DNA of 64,000 nt, from NCBI RefSeq assembly GCF_009914755.1, contig NC_060926.1. One strand, given 5' to 3'. This stretch comes from the human T2T-CHM13v2.0 reference genome, Homo sapiens. Below, piece after piece: positions 1 to 13,480 of this stretch; positions within the stretch are counted from its first letter, which is position 1, and every line of letters starts with the position of its first letter. The notes beneath the pieces are model-generated. The model saw nothing but the letters and a program-made list of their open reading frames with translations. It was not told the DNA's origin and did not search any database. The position numbers and the translations under genes were made by a program.

Positions 1-108
1 GAACCCGGGAGGCGGAGGTTGCAGTGAGCCGAGATCACGCCACTGCACTCCAGCCTGGCGATACAGCAAGACTGTCTCAAAAAAAATTAAAAAAATAAAA
101 AAACAAAA
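1..108 (+). mobile_element. Alu 3' end (cut by window edge)
   Basis: GAACCCGGGAGGCGGAGGTTGCAGTGAGCCGAG...CTCAAAAA tail. Confidence 0.95.
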
Positions 109-552
109 ATGAATTTCCTTCAGATCCCAGGAAATTTGGGAGTAAGACAGAAACAGAACAAAGTTTGGGAGGAGGACAGAAAGTGTCTTCTCTCAAGCTA
201 TAAATCACAGAAATTGAATTAGATCATCTCAAATTGAGGGACAAAAAGCCAGTTATAGATCCATTTCATGACACTGCCTGACATGGATTCCATTTGTGAC
301 TCACTGAGTAGCATTACTTATTCTGAGTGCTCCTCTGACAATGCAGGCACTTAACATGAAGACATGTGTAACATTACAGGAGGAAAATAGAAAGAGCAAA
401 ACCCCACAATTTGCCCGGAAAGCAAATTCTGAGTGCCAGTGTATCCATTTCTGAAGCCTGTTCTCAGTTTCTCTGTAAGTTCTGTTTTCTGCATGGTTCC
501 AAATTTCTAAGATCCTATTCTCTTTCCAGACACAATCAATACAGTCAAATCC

Positions 553-855
553 TTTATTTTTATTTTATTTACTTAATTTTGAGACAGGGTCTGACTCCTG
601 TCACTCAGGAAGGAGTGCCGTGGTGCGATCATAGCTCACTGCAGCCTCGATCTCCCACATCCCACCGCCTCAGCCTCCCGAGTAGCTGGGACTACAAAAG
701 CATGCCACTACACCTAGATAATTTTCTTTTTTTTTATTAGAGACGTCGTCTCGCTATGTTGCCCAGGCTGGTCTCAAACTCCCGAGCTCAAGCGATTCTC
801 CCGTTTCAGCCCCTCAAAGTGCTGGGATTACAGGCATAAGCCAATGTGCCTGCCC
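553..855 (-). mobile_element. AluJ-like
   Basis: T-rich tail followed by a diverged reverse-complement Alu dimer. Confidence 0.9.
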
Positions 856-919
856 AATCAAACCATTTTTATCTTATAAAGAAATAGATCAACACTAGAA
901 GACTGACTATACAGTAACT

Positions 920-1330
920 GGGTCTATCAGTCAGGGATCCAGACATGGTAATTGAGGAAACTTCAGGGAGGAGTCTATTTGTGGATATGGGTAGAGCTAA
1001 AATAAAGCAATAAGGATGGTGAAGCACCCTGGGGCTAGCAACAGCAGTGCTGCTGCCAGGTCTAGGGGAGACGGCAGAAAGGGAGCAGAGCCATGGCTGC
1101 CAGAGAGAGGCTAGAACTTGAGAGCTGTGGCCCCAGGAAAGAACTCCACCCTCCGGCAAAGCAAGCTGGGTAAGTAAACATTCCAACCAACCACTCTCCG
1201 ACCACTCGGCAGAGCCACCCTAGTGTGAATTCTAGGAAATTAAAATCTGCCCCATAGAGTCCACACAGAGCACAGAGCAAGGGCAGAAGAATAGAGGGTA
1301 GATCTGGGGCAGCCGATGGATAATGCCTAG
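920..1330. mobile_element. Old ERVL-type LTR remnant
   Basis: TATCAGTCAGGGATCCAG start and GAAGCACCCTGGGGCTAGCAACAGC motif resemble ERVL LTRs; subfamily uncertain. Confidence 0.35.
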
Positions 1331-1435
1331 CACAGAAGTCAGCGATGCAAAACATGGCGTGGATATACTTTGTAAACAGGTTGGAAATTATAGTTCCAAA
1401 AAAATTATTCGTTCCCTTCAAATTATTCCTTTTGG

Positions 1436-1610
1436 AATTAGCCAGGCGTGGTGGCAGGCACTTGTAATCCCAACTACTCATGAGGCTGAGGCAGAAGAAT
1501 CACTTGAGCCCAGGAGGTCGAGGTTGCAGTGAGCCAAGATCGCATCACTGCACTCCAGCCTGGGCAATAGAGCAAGTCTCTGTCTAAAAAAAAATAATAA
1601 TAATAAATAA

Positions 1611-1647
<37 letters not shown>
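1436..1647 (+). mobile_element. Alu right monomer (FRAM or truncated AluJ) with (CA)n in the tail
   Basis: Right arm only; (CA)n 1615-1647; flanked by direct repeat ATTCCTTTTGG at 1425-1435 and 1656-1666. Confidence 0.85.
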
Positions 1648-1648
<1 letters not shown>

Positions 1649-1689
1649 TCCTTACATTCCTTTTGGGAAGCTCTTCATGTATTATTGAT

Positions 1690-1920
1690 AATAACAACTA
1701 CCATGTGTCAGGCACTGAACCCAATGCTTTGCCATTAGTTATTTTATGTTATTGAATCCTCACGATAACTCATGTAGTGGGTCAAATTAGCTTCATTGTG
1801 CAAATGATCAGCTTGAGGCTTAGAGTGGGCTAAGTAACTGCTCTAATGTTACACAGCAAGGATGTGAAGGTGTCAAGGTGAGAAGCCCCAGCTCTTAGAC
1901 CTCTGAGCCTGTGTTCTCTC
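1690..1920 (-). mobile_element. MIR
   Basis: Degenerate MIR core (AATCCTCACGATAAC...TTGAGGCTTAGAG...AAGTAACTGCTC). Confidence 0.6.
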
Positions 1921-2329
1921 CTCTGTCCTGCTTTTCTGTAACAAAGATGTTGCCATTGTTTAAAAGGCTTCAGAAGCCCTCCTCTGTGATCACTTTTAGA
2001 ATGCCTTCAGGAGCCTTACCCCACCATCACCCCTCCCAAAAAAAAAAAAAATCCATCGCATTACTTTATAGTCACACATTTTTAACAACAACTGAAGAAA
2101 GATGGTGATGATTCATCCCCACCACGTTCACCAGATGTAAGGCCAGATGACGTTTCACTGTTTCTAAAAGTCAAATTCAACTCACCCTCAAAGGACTGAG
2201 GATATTAAAAATAAGTTCTGAAAGACAACTCAAAAAAGAAAACAAAACAACAACAAGATGTTGTCTCGAAAACAGAAAACAACATCTGTATTGCTGGACA
2301 CCCCAGATCAGAAAGTGGCGGCTTTAGGA

Positions 2330-2539
2330 CTGTGTAGAGAGCACTCCCTAACCGTGTTTCCCTCTGCTCTCACACCACAGCAATCAACACAGAAGATTTC
2401 TGTGACCAAATGTGTGAGGGTTTCTCCCTACCACCAAGCAGGGGACACCAGCTGGGTGTCCTCTAATTCAGTTCCAACACTATTAGTGTCAGATCCCACA
2501 GCTTGGGAGTTCAGTCCCCAAAACTGCCCCCTCTGCCAA

Positions 2540-2603
<64 letters not shown>

Positions 2604-3135
2604 AGGCGCAAATCTGAGCCTCCGGAACTTCTTACTTGAGGTTCCCGCGACCCCCTCCTTGGGTTCAATTAATCTGCTAGAGCAGCTCACAGAACTCATG
2701 GAAACACTTATGTTTACTGGTTTATTATAAAGGATATTGCAAAGGGTACAGATGAAGAGAAGCGTAGGGCGATGTATGGGGAAGGGGTGCGGAGCTTCCA
2801 TGCCCTCCCTGGGCACTCTCCTCCAGGAACCTCCACATGTTCAGCTATCCGGAAGCTCCTTGAAGCCTGTCCTCTTAGGTATTTATGGAAGCTTTGTGAC
2901 GTCAGTGTTTCTTCCCCCAGAGTATAGGGTGAAACCCTCTCATGGGAGGATCTTAAGACTCACAGTCAGGAAGGCAGAAGAAGGGTAGAGTCCTGCCTTG
3001 GGGCAGGTGAAAGGAGGGCAGGAGAAAGTCAGAGGCCTGCCCCTGAGGCCTAATACACCCAGCATTCTAACAAAAGACTGGAACAAGGGCTATGAGAGCA
3101 ATGAGCCCAGAACCGTATAGATACCATAACACCAC
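2330..3135 (-). mobile_element. MER21-family solo LTR
   Basis: Diagnostic blocks GTGTCAGATCCCACAG...CAGTCCCCAAAACTGCCCCC and AACAAAAGACTGGAACAAGGGCTATGAGAG; internal (CA)n. Confidence 0.7.
2541..2602. repeat. (CA)n microsatellite, ~31 units
   Basis: Perfect AC dinucleotide run. Confidence 0.98.
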
Positions 3136-4729
3136 AAAGACCAACAGCAGTTTTCCCACAGAGTAATCCCAGGCCTCCAAAAGAGGTCCACGCTTATTTA
3201 CAAGAGCAGGAAAATCTCCAAAAGTAGAGCCACAAGTAGCTATGCATGTTTGCGAACGGACTGCCTCCACCCTGCTCTCCCCTCATCAGATGGAAACCAA
3301 CAGAAGGGCAGGATAGGGCTCCCTCATCCACCTGCTCTAGCCAGCTCTGTGCATGCACCATGCCAGCACACAGCAGATCCTCCAAAGATTGTCCATTGAA
3401 TGAATGATGGCTGGAACGAATGAATAGATGGAATTCTTCTTCCTACCTAGGGTATAATCTTTGGTTAAATATCACATATCCTTTGACATCATTTTGCATG
3501 AAAAAGAACTGTCAACAATGAACACAAAATGTTTTGGCCCTTCACTTATGAGGCCCGCAAGTCATCTCCAGAATTATCTATGGGAAAGTAAGAAATAAAT
3601 AACCCCCGACTCCTCTCATCCTCCACACCACACCAGCTTCCCTCTCCCTCGCATGCTCGAATGTCAAACAATTGCCTGGGTCTGTTTGGCAGACATCAAG
3701 CATCCTTTTCGTGCAAGGCTATCCAAAAAATAATGAGTATTATTATATCTCCTCCACGGCCATGTAATTGGCTAATACTAAAAGTGCTAAGAGAGATGGC
3801 GTTTTGCTGGTTCACATCTAAAATTTAGACAATCAACCATGAATGCCTCAGGCTGATCACATGCTGGGAGAAGCAATAATAATACGTCTGGCCAGATTTC
3901 CCTGCCAACTGGAAGGCCCAGGTTTGGGGAGCAGATGTGCTGTGGAGGTGATACATTTGGTGTTCAGTGGGGAGGGTCTGCAGGTCTCATCTGTCTTCCG
4001 CACCCCTACTGGTCAGCTCAAAGCTCAGCGCTAATGCCAGCTGCTTAAGGACCTGATCTTGTGTGTATCTTCCAGTCATAGGGGAAAGAAATGCACGCTC
4101 AGGAGGAGACAGCCCCAAAGCATTCTGTGACCTAGTGGCACTGCCAGGTTTTGCTTGCAGGTGCCTCTTTTTGATGTGGACTCAACCCTTCCTTTCCCCA
4201 CGGCCAGAGTTGGGTGGCATTCTCTTAGGTAATTGCGGTGTCCTGCTATGAGTGCAGCTCCTGCATATAGAATCAGCCGCAGATCCCATGTCAGCTGGAA
4301 GCCACAGATGACCAACTGCAAAATCAATAGGCCTCTGTCGCTGCCATAGCAGGGAAATCCAGAGCTTATCAGCAGCATCATGATAAGTACCTATTTGCCT
4401 GACATCTCCTCAATCAATAACTTTGTTATTGTTTGCATTATCTGACTATAAGTTTGGTCAATATACCCAGCTAATGGGTAACATGAGCCAGGATTGCATT
4501 TCAATTTTTTTTTTAAGTTTAACTGTCTCTGTGCCACAAGGAGTAATTAAGTGAACCTCACCAGTCCTGCTTCTGTCCTTCCTGAGTTTTATCAAATCCT
4601 TCTCTGATATAGGCTGTCTTGAGACAAGGAAATTAATGTTGCCCAGATCTAGACAAAATTGAATAAACCCTGCCTCTCTTTGCTGTTACTTTTATTAGGT
4701 TTTCACAAGGATGAGCAGATGGTTTGAGG

Positions 4730-4771
4730 GTGTGTGTATGTGTGTGTGTGTGTTTCTGTGTGTGTGTGTGT
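4730..4771. repeat. Interrupted (GT)n
   Basis: GTGTGTGTATGTGTGTGTGTGTGTTTCTGTGTGTGTGTGTG. Confidence 0.9.
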
Positions 4772-6329
4772 TTCCTTTACTTGATGCTCTGGAGAGAAGA
4801 TAACAAACTTGCTAGTGGGCAGATCAAGATGCACAATGTAAATGGTGCAAATGTGTATTGGTCTAAAGAGGTTTTGAACCCCTCTACATGATTAGGCTAA
4901 GATATATATGGTAAGACCAGAATAAAAATAAATATCTTTGAATTGTGTAACAAATCGGCTCCATGCACTGTATCAGAAGGGCCCTGGCCATTGTCTCATG
5001 AATTACCAGCAGATGGCCCAGCACACAGAGATGGCTACATCTGGCCTCTCACCTTTTTTGGGATTGCACAGGGCTCTTGTACCAGATCAGGCTCAAAAGG
5101 TTATGGCCAACAATAAAAGAAGAAATAAAACTTGTAGTAACAACAATGTGTAAGGCACCAAATGCTCTGATTTTCTTGTCACATTAAAAATATTTACTGG
5201 TTTCTCCAGCCCAGATTTAGCGGCAACCCCAAGCACAGAGGAAATAAACAAATCACTCACTCACCAGAATGAGCTGGTGGCATCATCGCCAACTTCATCA
5301 TTCTGCCCTTCGGTGCTTTTTCTTTTCTTTTTTTGATTGGTTCTAGTAAGTTATTCATACATAATGGTATCAGTGATGGGGTATAAATACATATATCACA
5401 GGAAGGGTTTTGTTGTTGTTGCTATTGGTTTTGTTTTTTTTTTTGTAAATTAACTTTACAAGCATCCTGCAGCGTTTTCAAATTGTAAACTGCTGTTTCC
5501 TAGTTCATAGACTCGTAGAACCCCAGAGCCAGGCTTAGAGCACGTCCAGTCTGTTCCTCTGATTTACAGCTGTGACAACTGAGGCCCAGAGAGGTGAATG
5601 ACTGCTCAAGTCAAACATCTCATCCATCTCAGCATTGGATCTCAAGTTTCTGCCTCCAGACCCCCTGTCCTGCAGGACCTTTTGGCTTTGCTGTCCTTAT
5701 TTCTCTTCTTCTGATCCCTCATCTGCTCCTTCCTTTGCTGATCATTAGAACAGGAAGAGGGATAAGGGGCAGCTGCCTAAGGTAAGGCAGACGCTTGACC
5801 TCTATCACAAACCCTGATCTCATCCTTCAGGTCCTCTTTGCAGTCTGGAAGGGAGAGGAAAACAGGAGGAGAGAGTGGAAACCAAGAAAGTATCCAAGAG
5901 GAAGAGATAAGGAAAAAACGGCATGGGGAGAGGTTTTTGTGTCTACCTGCTCAGATACCAGGAGAAGTGAATAAATGCCTCCCCTACAGCTCTCCTGCCC
6001 TCCTCCCACAACTGTGAAACTAAAGTCTTAATGAGAATTGATCCAGCAAACAAATAGATCCAAAGGGGTAATAGGACTGATATGGATGTTTCATGGGAAA
6101 TTGGATGTATCATGGGAAATAAGGAGTCATAGAAAATTATGAATGAAAAATAAGCATAATCAATATACGATTAGAGATGCAAGGGGAGTGGGTAATGATT
6201 CCAAGGCACTGACTGCTTTGTTTCACATCATGATGCTCATCACAGGAACCTATGTGCTCCAGACTGGGCCATGCAATTATGACCAACATGCTAGCTCCCT
6301 ATGCTGACTGGCTGGACTGAATTAATTAC

Positions 6330-6377
<48 letters not shown>

Positions 6378-6669
6378 CATCTTAAGGAGACAAGGTCTGG
6401 CTCTATTGCCCAGGCTGGAGTGCAGATCTGGTGTGATCTCAGCTCACTGCAACTCCACCTGCCAGGTTCAAGCCAACCTCCCGCCTCAGCCTCCCAAGTA
6501 GTTAGGAATACAGGAGTGCACCACTGCTCCCGGCTAATTTTTGCATTTTTGTAGAGACAGGGTTTCACCATGTTGCCCAGGCTGGTCTCTAACTCATGGG
6601 CTCAAGAGATCTGCTTACTTCAGCCTCCCAAAGTGCTGAGATTACAGGCATGAGCCACCATGCCCGGCC
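6330..6669 (-). mobile_element. Alu with (TTA)n tail
   Basis: (TTA)n 6331-6378; TSD TGAATTA(A/G)TTACTT at 6318-6331 and 6670-6683. Confidence 0.95.
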
Positions 6670-8654
6670 TGAATTAGTTACTTCTTCAGCTTCCTCGTCT
6701 TCTAGCTAAAAACCAAGATCACACCTTCAAATGCTATGATTTCACATTTACATTCTGCTCTTTTTCTTTCTGTCACGTGATCCTATCTTTAAATTTGGGA
6801 AGGATGGGGAGAGAAGGCTGTTGAGAGATGTTGCATGAACATTCATCATACAAGCCCATGAACCTGAGAGAGAATTCAGCAAGAAAAGTGAGACCAATAG
6901 GTTTGTGTGGAGCCTTCCTGTGTGGGCCACGCTGGGTTGGCCACGCTTTCCTTTGTTGCAGATGACACCTGGCTAGTGTCCTGTCTAGGATCCCAAATTC
7001 TAACTAGGTTTCCTCCTTCATGAACTGTTGGGTTTTAGTTAATGATTCACCCCTTCAAACACTCAGTTCTGACCCAGGACTGACTCAAGGCTTCCCAAGT
7101 CCCTGCTCGCAAATAACAGAATTCTTTGGAAATAAGCTCTTTTAAGAAAGTCTGTCCTCGCACTGCAATCTGAAACGTAGCAATTCGGCCTCTCCGGCCA
7201 TCTTCATCTGTGTGTTTCTTGCATACAGAATTAAACTGGAAGGTCAGAGCCATTGTCTGTCTCTAGATCCGATTTCTTGCTTCGTAGTCTGGCGGGGAAG
7301 TGCTTTAATCTGGTATATTTACATTAGTCCTACTAACACATTTCCAAGTTCTCCAGCTGCCATGCTACGTGAACCAGGTCAAGTCTGGGAGGGAGAGGTT
7401 TGCTTTTCCTTCCTGTGACCTCAGGACTGATTTAATTAAACATCTCCTCCAGCCCCGATTTATAGTCTGAAAAGTGTTCTCACAGAGGCCCTTCGATGTG
7501 CTCTGCTTTTCAATTAGCTGAAATGCAATAAGTTAAATCGAAACACCATTCTGAGTGTCTGCTGCCACCCTGAGAGCAGTTGCAACAAGCGCATTCGTCT
7601 CTGAGCATTTAACTGCAAAGGGTTTAGATAAATGAGTGGTGGTTTCCTTTGGTAACTTAGCACGGTTCTGTAAGACAGATGAGAGGATTGCTGAGTTCCT
7701 CCCTGAGCTCCTGGGGGCTGCCAAGCTATCTCCCTGGATTCCCACTGTGAGGAGGAAATAACCTTTTAAATCTTATTTTATAAACACAAATTCTTTTTCT
7801 TTAAGATTAAAAATAAGAAAACCCATTTAACACATGGGGTAGGGGGGCTGAGGAAGTGAAGGGGAAAAAAGGAAAAAGGATGTCACAGTGGAACTGTCCT
7901 AAGCCTGTCCCTGGTGGCTTTTTGTTTTACCATCAGGCATCAGATGTCCTCCCCAGTTTGACAATCCTGACCCCCCAACCTGCCACCTAGGAATGAATGA
8001 AACCAAATTTCCCATAGGAAATGCTCTCTGCTAGTCTCTCAAAGGCTTCAGCCTCAAAATGAAATCTGACAAAAGAAACAAATTAGATTAAACTGCAGCG
8101 CTAAGGGCTTTGGATTGCTCAGATAAAAGAATCTACAGAGAGTTGTTAGGACTGAGCACAATCATCTTCTGCAACTTGGAGAAAAAATCTGAAGTCTTCC
8201 TTCCTACAGCTGTTCTTGCTGGCCATGGTGCAGTTTTTTTTTATCATCATCTAAAGGCAATAAACAGATGGTGGGAGATGGAAGGGCTCACGAAGGACCA
8301 CAACCCGCGTGCCCACAGAAGCCGGGCAAGTAATATATGTGGACAAAACTGATCAGTGAGGATTTTTATGTGAGCTCTCCAGATTTTTAAATGTTGACAA
8401 CTCATTCAATTAAAAAAAAAAAGAGTCCACCACTGTTACCGCAATGTTTACTGAGCACTTTCTATGTGCCAGGCACCTTATGAAATCCATTATAAAGTGC
8501 ATCCTCACAACAGCACAGTGAGAGGCAGATGCTGTTATTACCTTCAGTTCATCTATGGGGAAAAGCAAATCTCGAAGTGGCAGAAGCAGCCCCTGCCCAC
8601 AGCTGGGGCCCTGTTTCTATTTACTACCCTAGACTGCTTACCAGTTCTGTAGAT

Positions 8655-8978
<324 letters not shown>

Positions 8979-10067
8979 TCATGTGGCCAGAATCATAATA
9001 ATAGTCGGGTGATTTTTTTTTTTTCAAAGTAAGTAAACTACAGAAACGGAGCGTAGAGCGTAAAGAAGACATGCTGGAAAAGACAGAGAAATATAAGAAA
9101 AATATGTGTCATTGTTCCACGATATTTAGCCTTGTCCTAATGGCTGCGCAGACGAAGAGATTAGAGTTTTTATTTTAAAAACTGTGAATTTAAGCATCAA
9201 TGATGCTGTTTCTATGATCATTCCCTGTGATTGAAACCAAATGGTGAAACAGCCTCACGAAAATGTCTGAGGTTCAAATACAGTCGCCATTCTGTGTTTG
9301 TGTAGACAATGCTGCCCTCTCGTGGCTAACTTCTGAATAGAATTATTTTGTGTTTAAAATCAGAACATTTTTACGTTCTCTATTTTCCCGAAGTATTCTG
9401 TAGAATGTTGCATCCATTTGCATCGCATATGTGATAATAAGTACATTACTTACATAGCACAACACCTTTGCATATTTTATATCTAATTTGGGATCGAGTT
9501 TGTATTATTTTTGCGATTGTTTTATAGGGCACTGGAAGAAATGAATGGAAAAAAATTATGATGCTACTGGGCTCCTGAACTTTCAGAATTCAATTCCTCA
9601 GGGAAGAAATGTTTTCTCATGACAGTAAACTTCGAAGAACTCTAGGACAGAAAATGTTTGCGTCTCTAATCTGAACATGATCTTATAGAAATGACTGTCC
9701 TCTTCCATTCTAAGGAAAAGGGTTTAATATTTGGAGGAAACAAGAGATCAGTTCATAAATATATTTTTAGGTAAAAACATGGTTCATGGTTGTGCATAGA
9801 AAATCACTTTCTGGTTTCCTGCAGGGCAGGAATTACAGAGAAATGACAGACCAAGAGGAGGCTATCAATAAGAGTTACCATGCCAAGGGTAGATGCTGCA
9901 AAGCAGTTTTCTTGGACCTGAGTGACAACTCCTGAACCACTGAACAGAAGCCTGCTGCCTGCATGCCTGTGTCATGAGCCCCCGTGCTGTGAGAGGACAC
10001 ACCTACACAGGAGCTGTGATGTGAACAGTGGGTAGACAGCAGTCCTAAGCAAAGGAAATGCCTTTTA

Positions 10068-10659
<592 letters not shown>

Positions 10660-11554
10660 TCAACTGTTATTCTTAGTGGAACTCTAAATCTGAAAATAGT
10701 TAAAAGTCAAAAATATGCCAAGAGTGGACTGAGGCCTGTGGGGCATAAGTCACTTGCAGACATACTAATGTGGCCTGCATTGTTTGTTCTTTTAATCAAA
10801 ATATTTTACATAAAAATCCAATTTTGGGTTTCTCAGTAGTCAGAGGACTTGGCGTGACTGGGCCAATCCTTCCACTGGAACTGATGAGTGACTGCCCCTT
10901 TACAGAGAGCACATCACTATTGTTTGCCATTATCCCTACCCCTCCCTGACATGAACCCAGCTCATCTCACCGGTTTTCACTAGTTGCCTGCACTCTGTAG
11001 ACCTTTAAGTTACATCCTTTTTGGTTCTGTCTCTGAGAATTGTGAGGCACATATTTATTCTTTAACATCCACAAAGCTCAGGAAATTTAAATAGCACTTG
11101 GGCAGGGGACAAAGTTTATGAGCACTAATTCTGACGTATTCCTTTTCATTTCCCATACACTTTTCTTCCACTTTATCCTGTCATCGTTACAACATCCCGC
11201 AAGGGTTTTAGGCATTATTTGAATTACAGGTTATCTCTAAAGCACCTGAAGTTTTTGTAAAGGAAGTTTTTATATAAATCTACATTTAAAATGATTAAAA
11301 CAGGCTAACGGAAAGCACATTGAATTAGGAAGCAGAAAACCTGGGATCTTACTCAAAGCTTTTTCCTGGATAAAGTCTGTGGCATTAAGTAATCCATTTA
11401 AACCCTCTTTACCTTTTAATACTCCATAAATAAGAGACAATGATACTTGTTCCTCCTACCTCACCAAGATTTTTTAAAATAACCATAAATCAGAAGACAT
11501 GTGTTAAGTACTCAGAGTCTACAAAAGAAATGTATGCTAGAAAGACCAAGATAG

Positions 11555-12056
<502 letters not shown>

Positions 12057-12114
12057 TGATTGCTACTGCAACCATTACTTAAATTTTTTTTTTATATACT
12101 TAATATATAAGTTA

Positions 12115-12603
12115 TGATATGGGGTTCAGGACAGACTATCCCAGAATATTTTCAGCTGAAAGAATTTGAGAAAAATGATAGAAGCAGCAAGTCCACTCTC
12201 ATCATACCGCTACCCTTCTCTGAAGCAGGTGCTAACAGCTTCATGTGCGAGGCGTCCTCCCTATGCCTGGAGGGAAAAAACATCCTTATCTCTGAAGACC
12301 TAGGGTCACAGAAAAGAATCTGAACAATCAGGTCTTGCTAAATTTCCCCCAGTGCCTTACCATTAGATCACACCCTTTTCACCCTATCGTATTTCTCCAT
12401 GACTCTTCACTGTTCATCAAACCTAGCATGAAAATACTCACATTTACCCATTTCTTGGGGGTCTTCATTTCTTTATGAGGGCCCTCACGTCACATAAAAT
12501 TTATATTAAACACATTTGTATCCTTTTGTTAATCTGTCTTTTGCTGTGGGGACCTCAGCCATCAACCTACGATGGGTAAAGGAAAAGATATTTTTCTTCT
12601 ACA
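12115..12603 (+). mobile_element. ERV1-type solo LTR (MER39/MER34-group-like)
   Basis: TG...CA termini (TGATATGGGGTTCAGGAC...TTCTTCTACA); 4-bp TSD GTTA at 12111-12114 and 12604-12607; ATTAAA near the 3' end. Confidence 0.75.
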
Positions 12604-13026
12604 GTTAAAAACATAAAAATTAGAAAATCCCTGGGAAATATTTTTATATCACCAGCAAATATCCTGACTAGTCAAAGTGAGGCTTGCCATCAAAAGGAAG
12701 TCAGGATTCATCTATTTCTATTATGACCTTTCATTTCCTGCTGCATATTATAGTACATAGTAGACATTCAACAAATGTGGTTGACTGATGGATGGATTCA
12801 TTTACCGGTAATTATCAAGCAAGCACTATCAGGCAGACTGATCCAAGCACTATGGGAAGTGGGACTCGGCCTCCCTCTCTTACGACAGACTGGGCATGTG
12901 TAAACTTCTGTGCCTATGTTGCCCCATCAGCAATCTGGGGTTTCTAACTCCTAACATCCTCTAGTAATTTTGTTCATTGTAGTGAAAAACTGTCACTATA
13001 CTCCTGGACTGAAGATTGCTGTAAGA

Positions 13027-13480
13027 CAGTGGTTCTCAATGGGAGGCAAAGGCATTTGTTGAATGTCTACTATGTACTATAATATGCAGCAGGAAATGAA
13101 AGGTCATAATAGAAATAGATGAATCCTGACTTCCTTTTGATGGCAAGCCTCACTTTGACTAGTCAGGATATTTGCTGGTGATATAAAAATATTTCCCGGG
13201 GATTTTCTAATTTTTATGTTTTTAACTGTAGGAGAAGAAAAATATCTTTTCCTTTACCCATCATAGGTTGATGGCTGAGGTCCCCACAGCAATGGGAGGC
13301 AATATTGCTCCCCGGGGACATTTGGCCATGTCAGAATACACCGTTTATTGTCACACTAGAGGAAGGGGTCCTACTAGCATCTAATAGGGAGAGGCCATGG
13401 ATGCTGTTAAATAGCCTATAATGCACAGGCAGCTCCTCCGTCCCAAACAGAGTTAGCAGCGCTGCGGTTGAGTAGAAAAA
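13027..13480 (+). mobile_element. MER20 (hAT-Charlie) split by an inverted insertion
   Basis: CAGTGGTTCTCAA start, then GGGGACATTTGGCCATGTC...GAGGCCATGGATGCTGTTAAA...ATGCACAGG after the 13053-13292 insert. Confidence 0.8.

Noticed and set aside
2258-2816. ORFs with HT/CV repeats
   Set aside because: Translation of (CA)n inside a MER21 LTR
5255-5270. Strong minus-strand donor CTG|GTGAGT
   Set aside because: No convincing partner acceptor found; isolated donors are common by chance
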